The notes below the pieces were generated by a model. That model was not told the origin of the DNA and did not search any database. It worked only from the letters and a program-made list of their open reading frames with translations. A program made the position numbers and the translations under genes. From Spirochaetaceae bacterium (GTDB lineage: Bacteria; Spirochaetota; Spirochaetia; DSM-2461), in the NCBI GenBank assembly GCA_051531975.1, contig JAOPTT010000007.1, forward strand, positions 56,985 to 120,984: a stretch of DNA of 64,000 nucleotides, in the 5' to 3' direction. Positions 40,878 through 51,188 of the stretch are shown here, one piece after another (position 1 is the stretch's first letter; each line of letters starts with the position of its first letter).

Positions 40878-41670
40878 TTTATCTATAAGAGTTCTAATGC
40901 TGGGTGACATTATTGGTCACCCGGGCATGAGGGCTCTTTTTTCGTCTCTAAAACGTCTAAAAAAAGATCTTAAAAGTGATTTCGTAGTTATTAATGGGGA
41001 GAATGCCGCCGACGGTTTTGGCCTTCTACCTAACCAGGTAGCTGAGATCTTTAATTATGGTGCCGATGTAATTACAAGTGGGAATCATATATGGCAAAAA
41101 GAAGATCTTATGCCACTACTTGATAGCCAAGATAAGCTTTTAAGGCCTTCAAACTATCCTAATGGTGTTCCGGGACATGGTGATTGTATTGTTGAATACA
41201 AAGGTGTAAAACTGGCTGTATTAAATCTACAAGGTCGAGTTAGAATGTCCGTTAATTGCGAATGTCCCTTTAAACAAGGCTTAAAAGATGTTAAAAGATT
41301 AAAATCTAAAACCAAAAATATTGTCATTGATTTTCATGCAGAAGATGTAACTGAAAAAGAGGCTTTAGCAGAATATTTTAATGGAAAGGTTAGTGCTGTT
41401 GTAGGAACTCATACCCATGTTCAAACTGCTGATGAGAGAATATTATCAGGTGGAACAGCTTATATTTCTGATTTAGGAATGACAGGTCCAACAAATGGTA
41501 TTATTGGTTCTGATCCTGAAGCTGCAATTAAGCGTGCATTTAATTCCATTCCATATAAAACTCATATTCTAGATGAAGATGCTGTAATAAATGGTGTATT
41601 AATTGTTATTGATACAAAAAGTGGAAAAGCAACCTCTATAGAAAGAGTTTCATACGAAACAGGCCAGTAG
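40867..41670 (+). CDS. YmdB-family metallophosphoesterase
   Basis: GDIIG, NGEN, TSGNH, DFHAE, GTHTHVQT; follows rny. Confidence 0.93.
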   Translation: MQDSLSIRVLMLGDIIGHPGMRALFSSLKRLKKDLKSDFVVINGENAADGFGLLPNQVAEIFNYGADVITSGNHIWQKEDLMPLLDSQDKLLRPSNYPNGVPGHGDCIVEYKGVKLAVLNLQGRVRMSVNCECPFKQGLKDVKRLKSKTKNIVIDFHAEDVTEKEALAEYFNGKVSAVVGTHTHVQTADERILSGGTAYISDLGMTGPTNGIIGSDPEAAIKRAFNSIPYKTHILDEDAVINGVLIVIDTKSGKATSIERVSYETGQ

Positions 41671-42441
41671 ATGGCTACTAAAAATCTCCTACACATATTA
41701 AAAGAACGATTCCCAGAATTAGAAGAGAAGAAACTTTTTGCCCATATAATGTGTGGTGAGGTTATCTGTAATGGTGGTCGAATAAAAAACCCTAAAGAAA
41801 AAGTTAAAACCGACAGTATTATCCAAATTGAGGGTATGAAGTATGTCTCTAGAGGTGGGTTTAAATTAGAAAGTGGACTTGATAGTTTTAACTACGATGT
41901 AGAAGGTAAAATATGTATTGACGCTGGTTGTTCTACTGGTGGCTTTACAGATTGTCTTTTACAACGTGGTGCAGTTAAGGTTTTTGCTATAGATGTTGGT
42001 AGTAATCAGCTAGCATGGTCTTTGGTCCATGATGATAGGGTAGTTCCTATGGAAAAAACAAATATTATGTCGATAGAAAAGTTAGAGCCAAAACCACATT
42101 TTGCTGTTGCCGACTTATCCTTTCGATCAGTTTTAAGTCCTGCTAAACTTCTGTTTAATCTAATTTCTGGAAACGAGATATTAGTATTAGTTAAACCTCA
42201 ATTTGAGTGGGAAGACCCAGATGATGACTTTGATGGTGTAGTTAGAGAGGGCGAAACTATTATCTCTATTTGTTTGAATCTAATAGATAAACTTAGAGAA
42301 GGTAATATTTATGTTAAAGATGTAACTCTATCTAAAACCAAAGGCAGAAAGGGCAACCAAGAACTTCTGTTTCTACTTACAACTGACAGCAAACATACTC
42401 TTAGTAATATAGAGGGATTCCTTACTAATCTAATGAGTTAA
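41671..42441 (+). CDS. tlyA: TlyA-family RNA methyltransferase
   Basis: YVSRGGFKL, DAGCSTGGFTD, LVKPQFE, GNQE. Confidence 0.92.
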   Translation: MATKNLLHILKERFPELEEKKLFAHIMCGEVICNGGRIKNPKEKVKTDSIIQIEGMKYVSRGGFKLESGLDSFNYDVEGKICIDAGCSTGGFTDCLLQRGAVKVFAIDVGSNQLAWSLVHDDRVVPMEKTNIMSIEKLEPKPHFAVADLSFRSVLSPAKLLFNLISGNEILVLVKPQFEWEDPDDDFDGVVREGETIISICLNLIDKLREGNIYVKDVTLSKTKGRKGNQELLFLLTTDSKHTLSNIEGFLTNLMS

Positions 42442-42497
42442 AAAATATTAATGCAAACTGCATTACATATTTGCACTGTTTTATATATATTCATTGG

Positions 42498-43361
42498 ATG
42501 AAAGATAAAACTAAAGCTCTTATATATATATTAATTTCTACCCTAAGTTTTACGTTTATGAGTGCAACGATTAAATATATTCAGGATATACCTGTATTTG
42601 AAAAAGTTTTTTTTAGGAACTTAGTCAGCCTTTTTATTGCAGCTTATTTAATTGCAAAAAACAGACCAAAAAAAATTACAGATATATTGGGGAATAGACA
42701 AAATGTACCTTTTTTATTATCTAGATCAATTCTAGGTTTTTTAGGAGTCGTATTAAACTTTTACGCTGTTACTAATCTGCAATTAGCTGACTCACAAATA
42801 CTTAATAGAATATCCCCTATATGGGTTGCAATATTCGCGTTACTTTTTCTTAGAGAACACTTAAAAAGATCTCAAATTATATCAATAATAATAGCTTTAA
42901 TTGGTTCTCTATTAGTCATAAAACCTGAATTTAGTTTTGAAATGTTACCAGCAATTGCAGGATTTATATCTTCAATAACTGCTGGAGCAGCATACACAAT
43001 TGTTAGATATCTAAAAGATAAAGAAGAACCTAGAGTAATTATCTTCTATTTTTCACTTATTTCTTTATTACTATCTATACCATTAATGCTTAACAATTTT
43101 ATTATTCCTTCTAAAACTCAGTTAGGTTTATTACTATTAATTGGTCTCTTTGCGTCTGTTGGTCAATTTGGATTAACCCATGCGTACAGGTATGCTAAGG
43201 CTTCTAGAGTATCAATTTATACTTACTCTGGTATAATTTTTGCTTCCTTTTTAGGATTTCTAATATGGCAAGAGATACCAGACCCACTATCAATTATCGG
43301 AGGTCTATTAATTATATCCTCAGGTTATATTGTTTATAGATACAGCAGAAGAGAATCTTAA
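42498..43361 (+). CDS. DMT/EamA family transporter
   Basis: 10 TM; VFFRN, RSILG. Confidence 0.88.
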   Translation: MKDKTKALIYILISTLSFTFMSATIKYIQDIPVFEKVFFRNLVSLFIAAYLIAKNRPKKITDILGNRQNVPFLLSRSILGFLGVVLNFYAVTNLQLADSQILNRISPIWVAIFALLFLREHLKRSQIISIIIALIGSLLVIKPEFSFEMLPAIAGFISSITAGAAYTIVRYLKDKEEPRVIIFYFSLISLLLSIPLMLNNFIIPSKTQLGLLLLIGLFASVGQFGLTHAYRYAKASRVSIYTYSGIIFASFLGFLIWQEIPDPLSIIGGLLIISSGYIVYRYSRRES

Positions 43362-43415
43362 TATACTAAAGAAAAGTAAAATTGATAGTTCTCTTTTTTA
43401 GTGTTATCATAACTT

Positions 43416-44534
43416 ATGAGATTTAAAATTATAAAGTGGATTATTTTTTCATCAGTTTTTTTATTCATAAATGCTTGCTCTAGTAATAGTGAAGCAAGTA
43501 GTTCTTACGCAAAATCTGCTATGTACGAAGAAGATATGGAACCAGAAATGGAAGTTTCAGATTCTATGGATGAGTACGCTGAAAATGATATAGTTGGTAG
43601 TAAAGGCTCTGAGGTTTCTGAAAGGAAAAGAATATATAATGGTGAAACTCGTCTAGTAGTCGAAAGTATTGAAGATTCAAAAAAAGAGATTGAGGAGCTA
43701 ACAATCTCTGTTGGTGGGTATATAACACAAATTTATGACAACTCTATCTCTATAAAAATTCCAGCAGCACAGTTCCATGAAATATTTGAAAATATACTTC
43801 TTATGGGGGATGTTGAATCTAAAAATATAACAACATACGATGTTACCGATTATTACAATGATAGTACTGCTCAGTTAGAAACAGCAAACAAGACTAGAGA
43901 GAGATTACAACTATTACTTCTAAAGAGTACCAAACCAGAAGAGAGAGCAAAAATATTAAAAGAGATTGGTCGTTTAACTGAGGAAATTGAGTTAATAAAA
44001 AATAGACTATTAACCTTAGATAATAATATCTCATTTTCAACAATAGTTGTAGAATTGATACCTAGATTAGAACAAAATATTATTGGATTAGATATCCCAT
44101 TCTCCTGGATAGAAGATTTACACCCATTATATTCTGTATCAAATAGAATTAAAGCTAAGTTAGATTTTAATCCTGGAACAGAGTATGCTGTTTTTAGTAA
44201 AGACAAAATATACCGAGCTGAGAGTTCTTTGGGGACTACAATAACAGTTTCTACTGTTAAAAACCAACCTTTAGGGGATAACAAGTTTTGGCATAGAGCT
44301 TTATTACATTTTATATCTAATTATTATAGCAGTGCAAAATCCATAGAGTCTTCAATTGGAGACCAAAAGATGTTAGGTATAGAATTTCTAAGTAAAGATA
44401 AAGAACCATTTAAATACTTTGTAGGTATTGTTGTTATTAAAAAAGAAATCCATGTTATTGAGATATTCTCACCAAAGGCAAATACTAGTTTTAGTCTGCT
44501 TTATATAAAGTTTGAAGAGGGGAAAATAAGATGA
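43416..44534 (+). CDS. DUF4349-like lipoprotein
   Basis: NAC lipobox; GGYI…IKIP…DVTDYYND coiled coil…FSTIVV. Confidence 0.75.
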   Translation: MRFKIIKWIIFSSVFLFINACSSNSEASSSYAKSAMYEEDMEPEMEVSDSMDEYAENDIVGSKGSEVSERKRIYNGETRLVVESIEDSKKEIEELTISVGGYITQIYDNSISIKIPAAQFHEIFENILLMGDVESKNITTYDVTDYYNDSTAQLETANKTRERLQLLLLKSTKPEERAKILKEIGRLTEEIELIKNRLLTLDNNISFSTIVVELIPRLEQNIIGLDIPFSWIEDLHPLYSVSNRIKAKLDFNPGTEYAVFSKDKIYRAESSLGTTITVSTVKNQPLGDNKFWHRALLHFISNYYSSAKSIESSIGDQKMLGIEFLSKDKEPFKYFVGIVVIKKEIHVIEIFSPKANTSFSLLYIKFEEGKIR

Positions 44535-45511
44535 AAAAAATAGTATCGGTTTTAATTCTATCTATTTTCTTTGTTGGTACCATATGGTGTAATCAAGGGC
44601 TTTCCCATAAAATTAATAGCCAGTTACTTGTTTTAGATAGTAATAAAGCTGGTGATTTAATTGTTGATTGGTGTGAGAACATTGGAGGTTATTATATACA
44701 AAGAACCCCAGATGTTATCTCTTTACGAATTCCAAACAAATCACTTCCAGATCTTAAACCTTTCTTAGAATCAATTTCTGAGGATATTGTTAGTTATACA
44801 CAAAACTCAAATAGTCTTACATCTTATATTGCAGAACTTAAATCAGGAATAAAAGCTAGGGAAGATATTTTAGTGCAAAATCTTTTTTATCTAGATACCT
44901 CAGATGTAGAAGGGACCCTAACATTAGAAAGAGAAATCAGAAGGCTTAGGTCAGAAGTTGATAGTTATAAAGGCTCACTAAGAAAACACTTAAATGATAT
45001 AGAGATGGCTACTGTTGTCATAAGTATAACGTTTAGAAGCAGAACTCTTAATAACCAGGAGTATTCTTCCTTTGACTGGGTTAATGAAATTGATTTTTAC
45101 TCTGTTATGAACAGTGATATGAAAAATAATAATAGAGGTTCTGGTGGAGCACATACAACACTGCCAACGGGATTTGCATTAGTAGATACAAGTCCAAGAC
45201 TTAAAGCTATCTCCTCAGAGGGAGGAAGGTTAATATTAGATTCATTTAAAAATTATCCTAAGCAAGAACTTAAGTTCTGGGAAGAGACTCTTTTTAATCA
45301 TTTAGAGAAAAAAGGATACCTTCGTATAGGAGTAGTAGGTACATATGAACCAGAAGGAGAGATTGCTTTTACAGCAGTTAAGTGGGGTGTTCCATATGGT
45401 AATGTTGACTATATTTTCATGACAGGAATTCGTCTTAATAAAAACAGAATAGAAGTATTACAGGTTGCAACAGAGACTAATTTCTTTGAAAGTTACATAT
45501 CTTTTAACTAG
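44531..45511 (+). CDS. secreted DUF4349-like paralog
   Basis: Signal peptide; GGYY…LRIP, coiled coil, FDWVN, KNYP…KFW mirror the upstream gene. Confidence 0.65.
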   Translation: MKKIVSVLILSIFFVGTIWCNQGLSHKINSQLLVLDSNKAGDLIVDWCENIGGYYIQRTPDVISLRIPNKSLPDLKPFLESISEDIVSYTQNSNSLTSYIAELKSGIKAREDILVQNLFYLDTSDVEGTLTLEREIRRLRSEVDSYKGSLRKHLNDIEMATVVISITFRSRTLNNQEYSSFDWVNEIDFYSVMNSDMKNNNRGSGGAHTTLPTGFALVDTSPRLKAISSEGGRLILDSFKNYPKQELKFWEETLFNHLEKKGYLRIGVVGTYEPEGEIAFTAVKWGVPYGNVDYIFMTGIRLNKNRIEVLQVATETNFFESYISFN

Positions 45512-45545
45512 TTTATTATCAAATATGAGTTAGTTTATGGAAATA

Positions 45546-45875
45546 TTATTCAACAAATAACATAAGGTTCTCATTCCAAAACATAGGATCTTTTATTTCA
45601 TCCTTAACAAAGCCTTCAAGTTTATTGAATAAAAATAGTAATTTTATATTACCAACATTTTCATCGTTTAGATGATATGTATATTCTAATCCTTCAACTA
45701 TAAGTCCATAAGAATACATCTCTGAAAGCTCATATGCTGAACATACCACATCAGGTATTCCCTCACCTAACATATACCAATATATAAACCGTGCATGTAA
45801 GTGCGTAGACACATCAAAAGCACCAATAAATCTTCTTATTTCATAACATAGTTCTGTAGTTTTATTATTATTCAT
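45546..45875 (-). CDS. hypothetical protein
   Basis: 109 aa ORF; TAAGAT 6 nt before the ATG. Confidence 0.6.
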   Translation of the reverse strand: MNNNKTTELCYEIRRFIGAFDVSTHLHARFIYWYMLGEGIPDVVCSAYELSEMYSYGLIVEGLEYTYHLNDENVGNIKLLFLFNKLEGFVKDEIKDPMFWNENLMLFVE

Positions 45876-45939
45876 AAAGAGATCTTAGGATATGTGTGCG
45901 AAGGGTTGGTTCGGGGGAAAAATAATTTAAAACAGGTTT

Positions 45940-46042
45940 GTTTTATACCTTTACGGGTATACTATTGCTACTAAAGTAGAGTTTTATACCTTTACGGGTA
46001 TAATATGTCGATTCTCCCTTGTTTTATACCCGAAAGGGTATA
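45940..46042. promoter_or_regulatory. three palindromic HipB-type operators
   Basis: GTTT-TATACC-N6-GGTATA at 45940, 45981 and 46021. Confidence 0.85.
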
Positions 46043-46052
46043 TAGTGATGGT

Positions 46053-46271
46053 ATGAAGTTAGGTGAATTTGTTAAAGATAAACGTAAAGATACTGGTTTA
46101 ACTCAGGAAGATCTGTCGTATAAGGCAGGTGTTGGTTTGCGATTTATTAGAGAGTTAGAGTCAGATAAACCAACACAACAGATGGACAAAGTTAATATGG
46201 TATTAAACCTGTTTGGTTATGAACTAGGACCAGTTCCAATGGTAAGAGAGGAAAACAGTGAGGAAGGCTAA
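46053..46271 (+). CDS. hipB: HipB-type XRE HTH regulator
   Basis: LTQEDLSYKAGVGLRFIRELE; start moved to the ATG after the third operator. Confidence 0.87.
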   Translation: MKLGEFVKDKRKDTGLTQEDLSYKAGVGLRFIRELESDKPTQQMDKVNMVLNLFGYELGPVPMVREENSEEG

Positions 46272-46569
46272 TATTTATATGTATGATGAGTTAGCTGGAA
46301 TATTAACAGAAGATGATAACGGATATCATTTTTTATATTTAGACTCATATCTTTATAATGGAAGTTCTGAATCTATCAGCCTAACACTGCCCATAGCAAA
46401 AAAAAGTTTCAATAACAGTGTTTTGTTTCCATTTTTTGATGGATTAATACCAGAAGGTTGGCTATTAAACATTGCAGAAAAAAATTGGAAACTTAATCCA
46501 AGAGATAGAATGGGGATATTATTAGAAACATGTGGGGATTGTATAGGTGCAGTATCAATTAGAAAATAG
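46258..46569 (+). CDS. HipA N-terminal domain protein (HipS-like antitoxin)
   Basis: ISLTLP…LFPFFDGLIPEGW…DCIGAV. Confidence 0.88.
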   Translation: MRKANIYMYDELAGILTEDDNGYHFLYLDSYLYNGSSESISLTLPIAKKSFNNSVLFPFFDGLIPEGWLLNIAEKNWKLNPRDRMGILLETCGDCIGAVSIRK

Positions 46570-47500
46570 ATGTTTATATTGTTACAATAATTTAGAAGAA
46601 GCTGAAAATCTATATCACAACAAGTGTGCAAAAAAGTTTTTTGGAACTATAACTCCACCTGAAATTGATTATTCAACAGAAGATCTTGCCGATTTAGCCG
46701 CACAGTTTTTAGAAAGTCGAACTACAGTTACTGGAGTACAGCCTAAATTGTCACTTGGAATTAAAAAGAGTGAAGTTACGAACAGCATAAGTAAATTTAC
46801 AATTATGGGGATTGCTGGAAACTATATCCTAAAACCACAATCAGAAGTTTATCCCGAATTACCTGAGTTAGAAGATTTAACTATGCATTTAGCAAAGATT
46901 AGTAAGATCGAAACTGTAAATCACGCACTTATACCATTAAAGTCTGGGGAACTAGCTTATATAACTAAAAGAGTTGATAGAGTAGAAAACAAAAAATTAC
47001 ATATGGAAGATATGTGTCAGTTAACAGAGCGACTTACAGAGCAAAAATATATGGGATCTTATGAGCAGATTTCAAAAATTATTAAAAAATATTCGGCTAA
47101 CCCTATTTTAGACATAGTTAACTTTTATGAAGTTGTACTGTTCTCTTTTTTGACAGGAAATAACGATATGCATCTGAAGAATTTTTCATTATTAAAAAAA
47201 ATAACATATTGCTTATGCCCTGCCTATGACCTTGTACCTTCAGAGTTGGTAGTAATTGGGGATGATGAAGAACTAGCTTTAAACTTAAATGGTAAAAAAA
47301 AGAGACTCAAAAAAGTTGATTTTGAAAAAGCTATGTTAGGTTCTGGTCTTCCAGAGAAGACTATAAATAATATGTTTCTTAGATTTAGAAAAGTAATTCC
47401 AAAGTGGATTCTGTTTATTGAAAAAAGTTTTTTGAGTGACGAGTTTAAAAAATCTTACATAGAACTAATTAATAATAAACTTAAGCAGATCGGTATTTAG
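46547..47500 (+). CDS. HipA-family Ser/Thr kinase toxin (HipT-like)
   Basis: GVQPKLS, YILKP, MEDMCQ, GNNDMHLKNFS, PAYD. Confidence 0.92.
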   Translation: MQYQLENRCLYCYNNLEEAENLYHNKCAKKFFGTITPPEIDYSTEDLADLAAQFLESRTTVTGVQPKLSLGIKKSEVTNSISKFTIMGIAGNYILKPQSEVYPELPELEDLTMHLAKISKIETVNHALIPLKSGELAYITKRVDRVENKKLHMEDMCQLTERLTEQKYMGSYEQISKIIKKYSANPILDIVNFYEVVLFSFLTGNNDMHLKNFSLLKKITYCLCPAYDLVPSELVVIGDDEELALNLNGKKKRLKKVDFEKAMLGSGLPEKTINNMFLRFRKVIPKWILFIEKSFLSDEFKKSYIELINNKLKQIGI

Positions 47501-47550
47501 TCATTGTTAATTTGCTTGACTGCTTCTAAATCTTTACCTATCATAACTCC

Positions 47551-48408
47551 ATGAAAAACTTATATTTAATATTAAAAGGCATGACTGTAGGAGTCGCAAA
47601 TGTAATCCCTGGAGTATCTGGTGGAACATTTGCATTTATATTTGGAATATACGATAAATTAACCGAGGCAATTGGTAACTTTTTTACAGATAAAGCTAGA
47701 CGAAAAGAGTACTTTTTCTTTCTACTCCAAGTAATTGGTGGTGCAATCTTAGGTATACTTCTATTTGCTAAGATATTAGGTTTCTTATTAGATTATAATC
47801 AGATTTCAAAACAGATAACATATGCATTCTTTATTGGGCTAATTGGTGGATCAATTCCGTTTATTATAAAATCTCACCATGATATGAAGATAAACTTAAA
47901 ACGAGTTCTGATTTTTATATTTGGAGTAGTTTTAATAGTTTTAACAATTGTTTTTAATCAGGATAAGGGTGGAACTGTTACAGATCATTCAAATCCACTA
48001 CGGTTATTATGGCTATTTTTATGTGGATTGTTCTCTGGTGGTTCTATGATTGTTCCTGGATTCTCTGGCTCAGCTCTTTTAGTATCTTTAGGTGAATATG
48101 AGACTGTTGTTACAGTTTATTTACGTGATATAAAAACATACATTGTACCTGTTATTGTTTTTTCACTTGGTGCTGCTAGTGGTATAGTCGTATTTGCTAA
48201 AGTTGTAGAAGTATGTTTTAAGAAGTTTAAATCTGGAACACTATTTTTTATATTGGGTCTGATTTTTGCATCATTATTACAACTAACATTAACAACTTCC
48301 TCAGGATTTGATACTTCTATTTTGGCTCTTCTTGGTGTTTTAGTTGCTCTAGGTGCTGGATATTTCTTAGCCTATCTAACAAGTAAGATAAAAAAAAGTA
48401 GTGTATAA
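47551..48408 (+). CDS. DUF368 membrane protein
   Basis: IPGVSGGT and MIVPGFSGS repeats. Confidence 0.92.
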   Translation: MKNLYLILKGMTVGVANVIPGVSGGTFAFIFGIYDKLTEAIGNFFTDKARRKEYFFFLLQVIGGAILGILLFAKILGFLLDYNQISKQITYAFFIGLIGGSIPFIIKSHHDMKINLKRVLIFIFGVVLIVLTIVFNQDKGGTVTDHSNPLRLLWLFLCGLFSGGSMIVPGFSGSALLVSLGEYETVVTVYLRDIKTYIVPVIVFSLGAASGIVVFAKVVEVCFKKFKSGTLFFILGLIFASLLQLTLTTSSGFDTSILALLGVLVALGAGYFLAYLTSKIKKSSV

Positions 48409-49021
48409 AGATCTAAGTAGCTCATTAAAAACATTCTCTCCATCGGAATTAGAGACAGCACAGATTGTTAATAATTTCCTGAACCATAATTTTATACATA
48501 GTGGTGATAATTTACATGGAGAGGAATATGAGGCTTGGATATACGAATACCTTAAAAGTTGGGCAGTTCAAAATTCCGATGTTTCAAAGTTTTTAATTAA
48601 AGATGGATCAAAAAAAATAGTTTCTAATAAAGATGGTCTAAATTTTGATAAAAATGGTCAGATAGTCTATTTTAAAGCTGGAATTAAGGTTGCTGAATAC
48701 GACTGCCTCTTTGTTTATAAAGGTAAAATCATATTTGTTGAATGTTCAGTTAGCGATCTAAGAAGTTATTATAGAAGACTAGAAGATAAAATAATAGTTA
48801 AACGTAATTATCTAGTAGACCTATATAATACAGAAGAGGTTTATTATCTAGTTGTTACAAAACCTAAAAAAAGAAGTATTACATATAGGTCATTACCACA
48901 TTTAGTTCTTTATAAACTAAAAAACCCGGAATTCTCTACATTAAAAAAGACAGACCAGGTTTTTAATACTAAAAGTGAAAAGTTAGTAACTATTTCTTCT
49001 TTTTCTTCTTCTTCTTTTTAG
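48401..49021 (+). CDS. hypothetical protein with possible PD-(D/E)xK-like fold
   Basis: GEEYE…EYDCLF…IIFVECS. Confidence 0.5.
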   Translation: MYKDLSSSLKTFSPSELETAQIVNNFLNHNFIHSGDNLHGEEYEAWIYEYLKSWAVQNSDVSKFLIKDGSKKIVSNKDGLNFDKNGQIVYFKAGIKVAEYDCLFVYKGKIIFVECSVSDLRSYYRRLEDKIIVKRNYLVDLYNTEEVYYLVVTKPKKRSITYRSLPHLVLYKLKNPEFSTLKKTDQVFNTKSEKLVTISSFSSSSF

Positions 49022-49349
49022 CAGCTTTAGGGTCAGCATCTCCTAACTTTCTAAATGTCCAAGCTGAAAACTTTAGTCTTAAAATAGTAAATGGATTTTT
49101 TGTATGTTTTCTCATTATATCTAAGTTTTTAAGATTCATCTTTAAAACAACACCCTGAACAATTTTAGGAAGTGCATTATACTCTTTTGAACCTGGAGCT
49201 TTCTGTGACTGTAAGAACTCAGCAAGTATCTTTTTATCTTTTCCTGAAAGTCTTTTAATTAGTTGTTTTATCATCTGTTCCTGAACTTTTTGTAGTTCAT
49301 TCATCATTACTTGTTGTTTAGCTGATAGGGGTTTTTGTTTTTTAGCCAT
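48990..49349 (-). CDS. highly basic hypothetical protein
   Basis: AAGGA RBS; Lys-rich with a poly-K tail. Confidence 0.7.
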   Translation of the reverse strand: MAKKQKPLSAKQQVMMNELQKVQEQMIKQLIKRLSGKDKKILAEFLQSQKAPGSKEYNALPKIVQGVVLKMNLKNLDIMRKHTKNPFTILRLKFSAWTFRKLGDADPKAAKKKKKKKKK

Positions 49350-49488
49350 GGGATTTCCTTATAATTGTCAATATTTGTAGGTGTAGAATAACATTCTTAG
49401 TTAATAAGTGGAATAGTTGAAATTGAATCTTTTTAAACAATAATATATTATCTTATTTAACTTATTAAAAGATACCTTGGAGGGTAAC

Positions 49489-49758
49489 ATGAATTCAGTT
49501 GTAACCGTTGTTGGAAAAGATAGTGTAGGAATTATATCTACAGTTAGTAATATCATGGCGGATCACAAGATTAATATCTTAGAAATTAGTCAAACTATAA
49601 TGGAAGGCTATTTTACAATGATCATGGTTGTAGACGTTTCGGTTTCTACGGAAGAGATAAAAGTAATTCGGGAATTATTAAACGAATCTGGAGAAACGCT
49701 TGGTGTTAGTATTACTATTCAGCACGAGCAAGTATTCCAAGCAATGCACAGGATTTAG
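49489..49758 (+). CDS. ACT domain protein (UPF0237)
   Basis: VTVVGKD…NILEISQTI…[12 protein letters not shown]. Confidence 0.92.
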   Translation: MNSVVTVVGKDSVGIISTVSNIMADHKINILEISQTIMEGYFTMIMVVDVSVSTEEIKVIRELLNESGETLGVSITIQHEQVFQAMHRI

Positions 49759-49766
49759 GGGGATTT

Positions 49767-51128
49767 ATGTTATATACTCCATTTGAAATAACTGAAACAG
49801 TAAAAATGTTTACTGATCAGCACTTAGATATTAGAACAATTACTATGGGAATTTCACTATTAGACTGCATAAGTCACGATAGTAAAATTGCAAGAGATAG
49901 AGTCTACGATAAGATAATGAGAAAAGCTGGGAACTTAGTTTCTACTGCTGAAAAAATTGAAGCAGAATACGGTGTCCCAATAATTAATAAAAGAATCTCT
50001 GTAACTCCAATTGCTTTAATCGGTGGTGCTACAGATGATAAAGACTATGTTAATTTTGCTAGAACTTTAGATAGAGCTGCAAAAGAGACAGGAGTTGACT
50101 TCTTAGGTGGTTTTTCTGCTTTAGTTGATAAAGGTTTTACAAAAGGGGACAGAATATTACTAGATTCTATTCCTGAAGCATTAGCTGCAACTGAGAGAGT
50201 TTGTGCGTCTGTTAATTTAGGTTCTACTAGATACGGTATAAATATGGATGCTGTTAAGGATATGGGACACATTATTAAAAAGACTGCAGAGTTAACTAAA
50301 GATGCTGATGGTATTGGTTGTGCAAAACTTGTTGTTTTTTGTAACGCCCCTGGGGATAACCCATTTATGGCTGGTGCATTCCATGGTGTTAACGAAGGTG
50401 ATGCTGTTGTAAGTGTTGGTGTTAGTGGACCTGGTGTTGTTAAGTGTGCCCTAGAAGGTTCTAAAGGCGAAGCTTTCGATGTTATAGCTGATAAAATTAA
50501 GAAGACTTCATTTAAAATAACTAGACTTGGACATATGGTTGCAACTGTTGCAGCTGAGAGATTAGGTGTTCCATTTGGTATACTAGACCTATCATTAGCT
50601 CCAACTCCTGCAGTTGGGGACAGTATTGCAAGAATTTTCCAAGAGATGGGACTTGAATATACTGGTTGTCATGGTACTACTGCAGCACTTTGTATGTTAA
50701 ACGACGCTGTTAAAAAAGGTGGAATTATGGCTTCTACTCATGTTGGAGGTCTATCTGGAGCTTTTATCCCAGTAACTGAAGATGAGGGTATGGTTGAAGC
50801 GTTAAATGTTGGTGCCTTAACTCTTGATAAGTTAGAAGCGATGACATGTGTTTGTTCTGTTGGTTTAGATATGGTTCCAGTTCCTGGAGATACTCCAGCT
50901 GAAACCCTTTCTGGAATGATTGCTGACGAAGCAGCTATTGGTATGGCTAATAGTAAAACAACTGCTGTTAGAGTAATTCCAGTACCTGGGAAAACAGTAG
51001 GAGAGTGGGCAGAGTTTGGTGGTCTATTAGGTGGTTCACCTATAATGGCTGTTAACAAATTCTCATCTGCTGATTTTATTAACAGAGGTGGAAGAATACC
51101 TGCACCTGTTCATAGTTTTAAGAACTAG
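49767..51128 (+). CDS. PFL-like protein (UPF0210/DUF711)
   Basis: [37 protein letters not shown]; usual pairing with the ACT protein. Confidence 0.93.
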   Translation: MLYTPFEITETVKMFTDQHLDIRTITMGISLLDCISHDSKIARDRVYDKIMRKAGNLVSTAEKIEAEYGVPIINKRISVTPIALIGGATDDKDYVNFARTLDRAAKETGVDFLGGFSALVDKGFTKGDRILLDSIPEALAATERVCASVNLGSTRYGINMDAVKDMGHIIKKTAELTKDADGIGCAKLVVFCNAPGDNPFMAGAFHGVNEGDAVVSVGVSGPGVVKCALEGSKGEAFDVIADKIKKTSFKITRLGHMVATVAAERLGVPFGILDLSLAPTPAVGDSIARIFQEMGLEYTGCHGTTAALCMLNDAVKKGGIMASTHVGGLSGAFIPVTEDEGMVEALNVGALTLDKLEAMTCVCSVGLDMVPVPGDTPAETLSGMIADEAAIGMANSKTTAVRVIPVPGKTVGEWAEFGGLLGGSPIMAVNKFSSADFINRGGRIPAPVHSFKN

Positions 51129-51141
51129 AATAAAAATATTA

Positions 51142-51170
51142 AACTGCAGTTATTATTTATAGCTGCAGTT
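51142..51170 (+). terminator. probable terminator hairpin
   Basis: AACTGCAG…CTGCAGTT inverted repeat after the PFL-like gene. Confidence 0.55.
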
Positions 51171-51188
51171 AATTAAAAGGAATACAAA

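Noticed and set aside
39345..42441. rny-ymdB-tlyA cluster
   Set aside because: Conserved housekeeping arrangement; nothing unusual seen.
45940..46042. Three 22-bp repeats at 40-41 bp period resembling a mini CRISPR array
   Set aside because: Spacers are only 18-19 bp, the units are palindromes overlapping the hipB promoter, and there are no cas genes; operator sites explain them better.
46005..46052. N-terminal extension of HipB given by the ORF track
   Set aside because: It overlaps operator 3 and the -10 element; ATG 46053 gives a typical 72-aa HTH protein.
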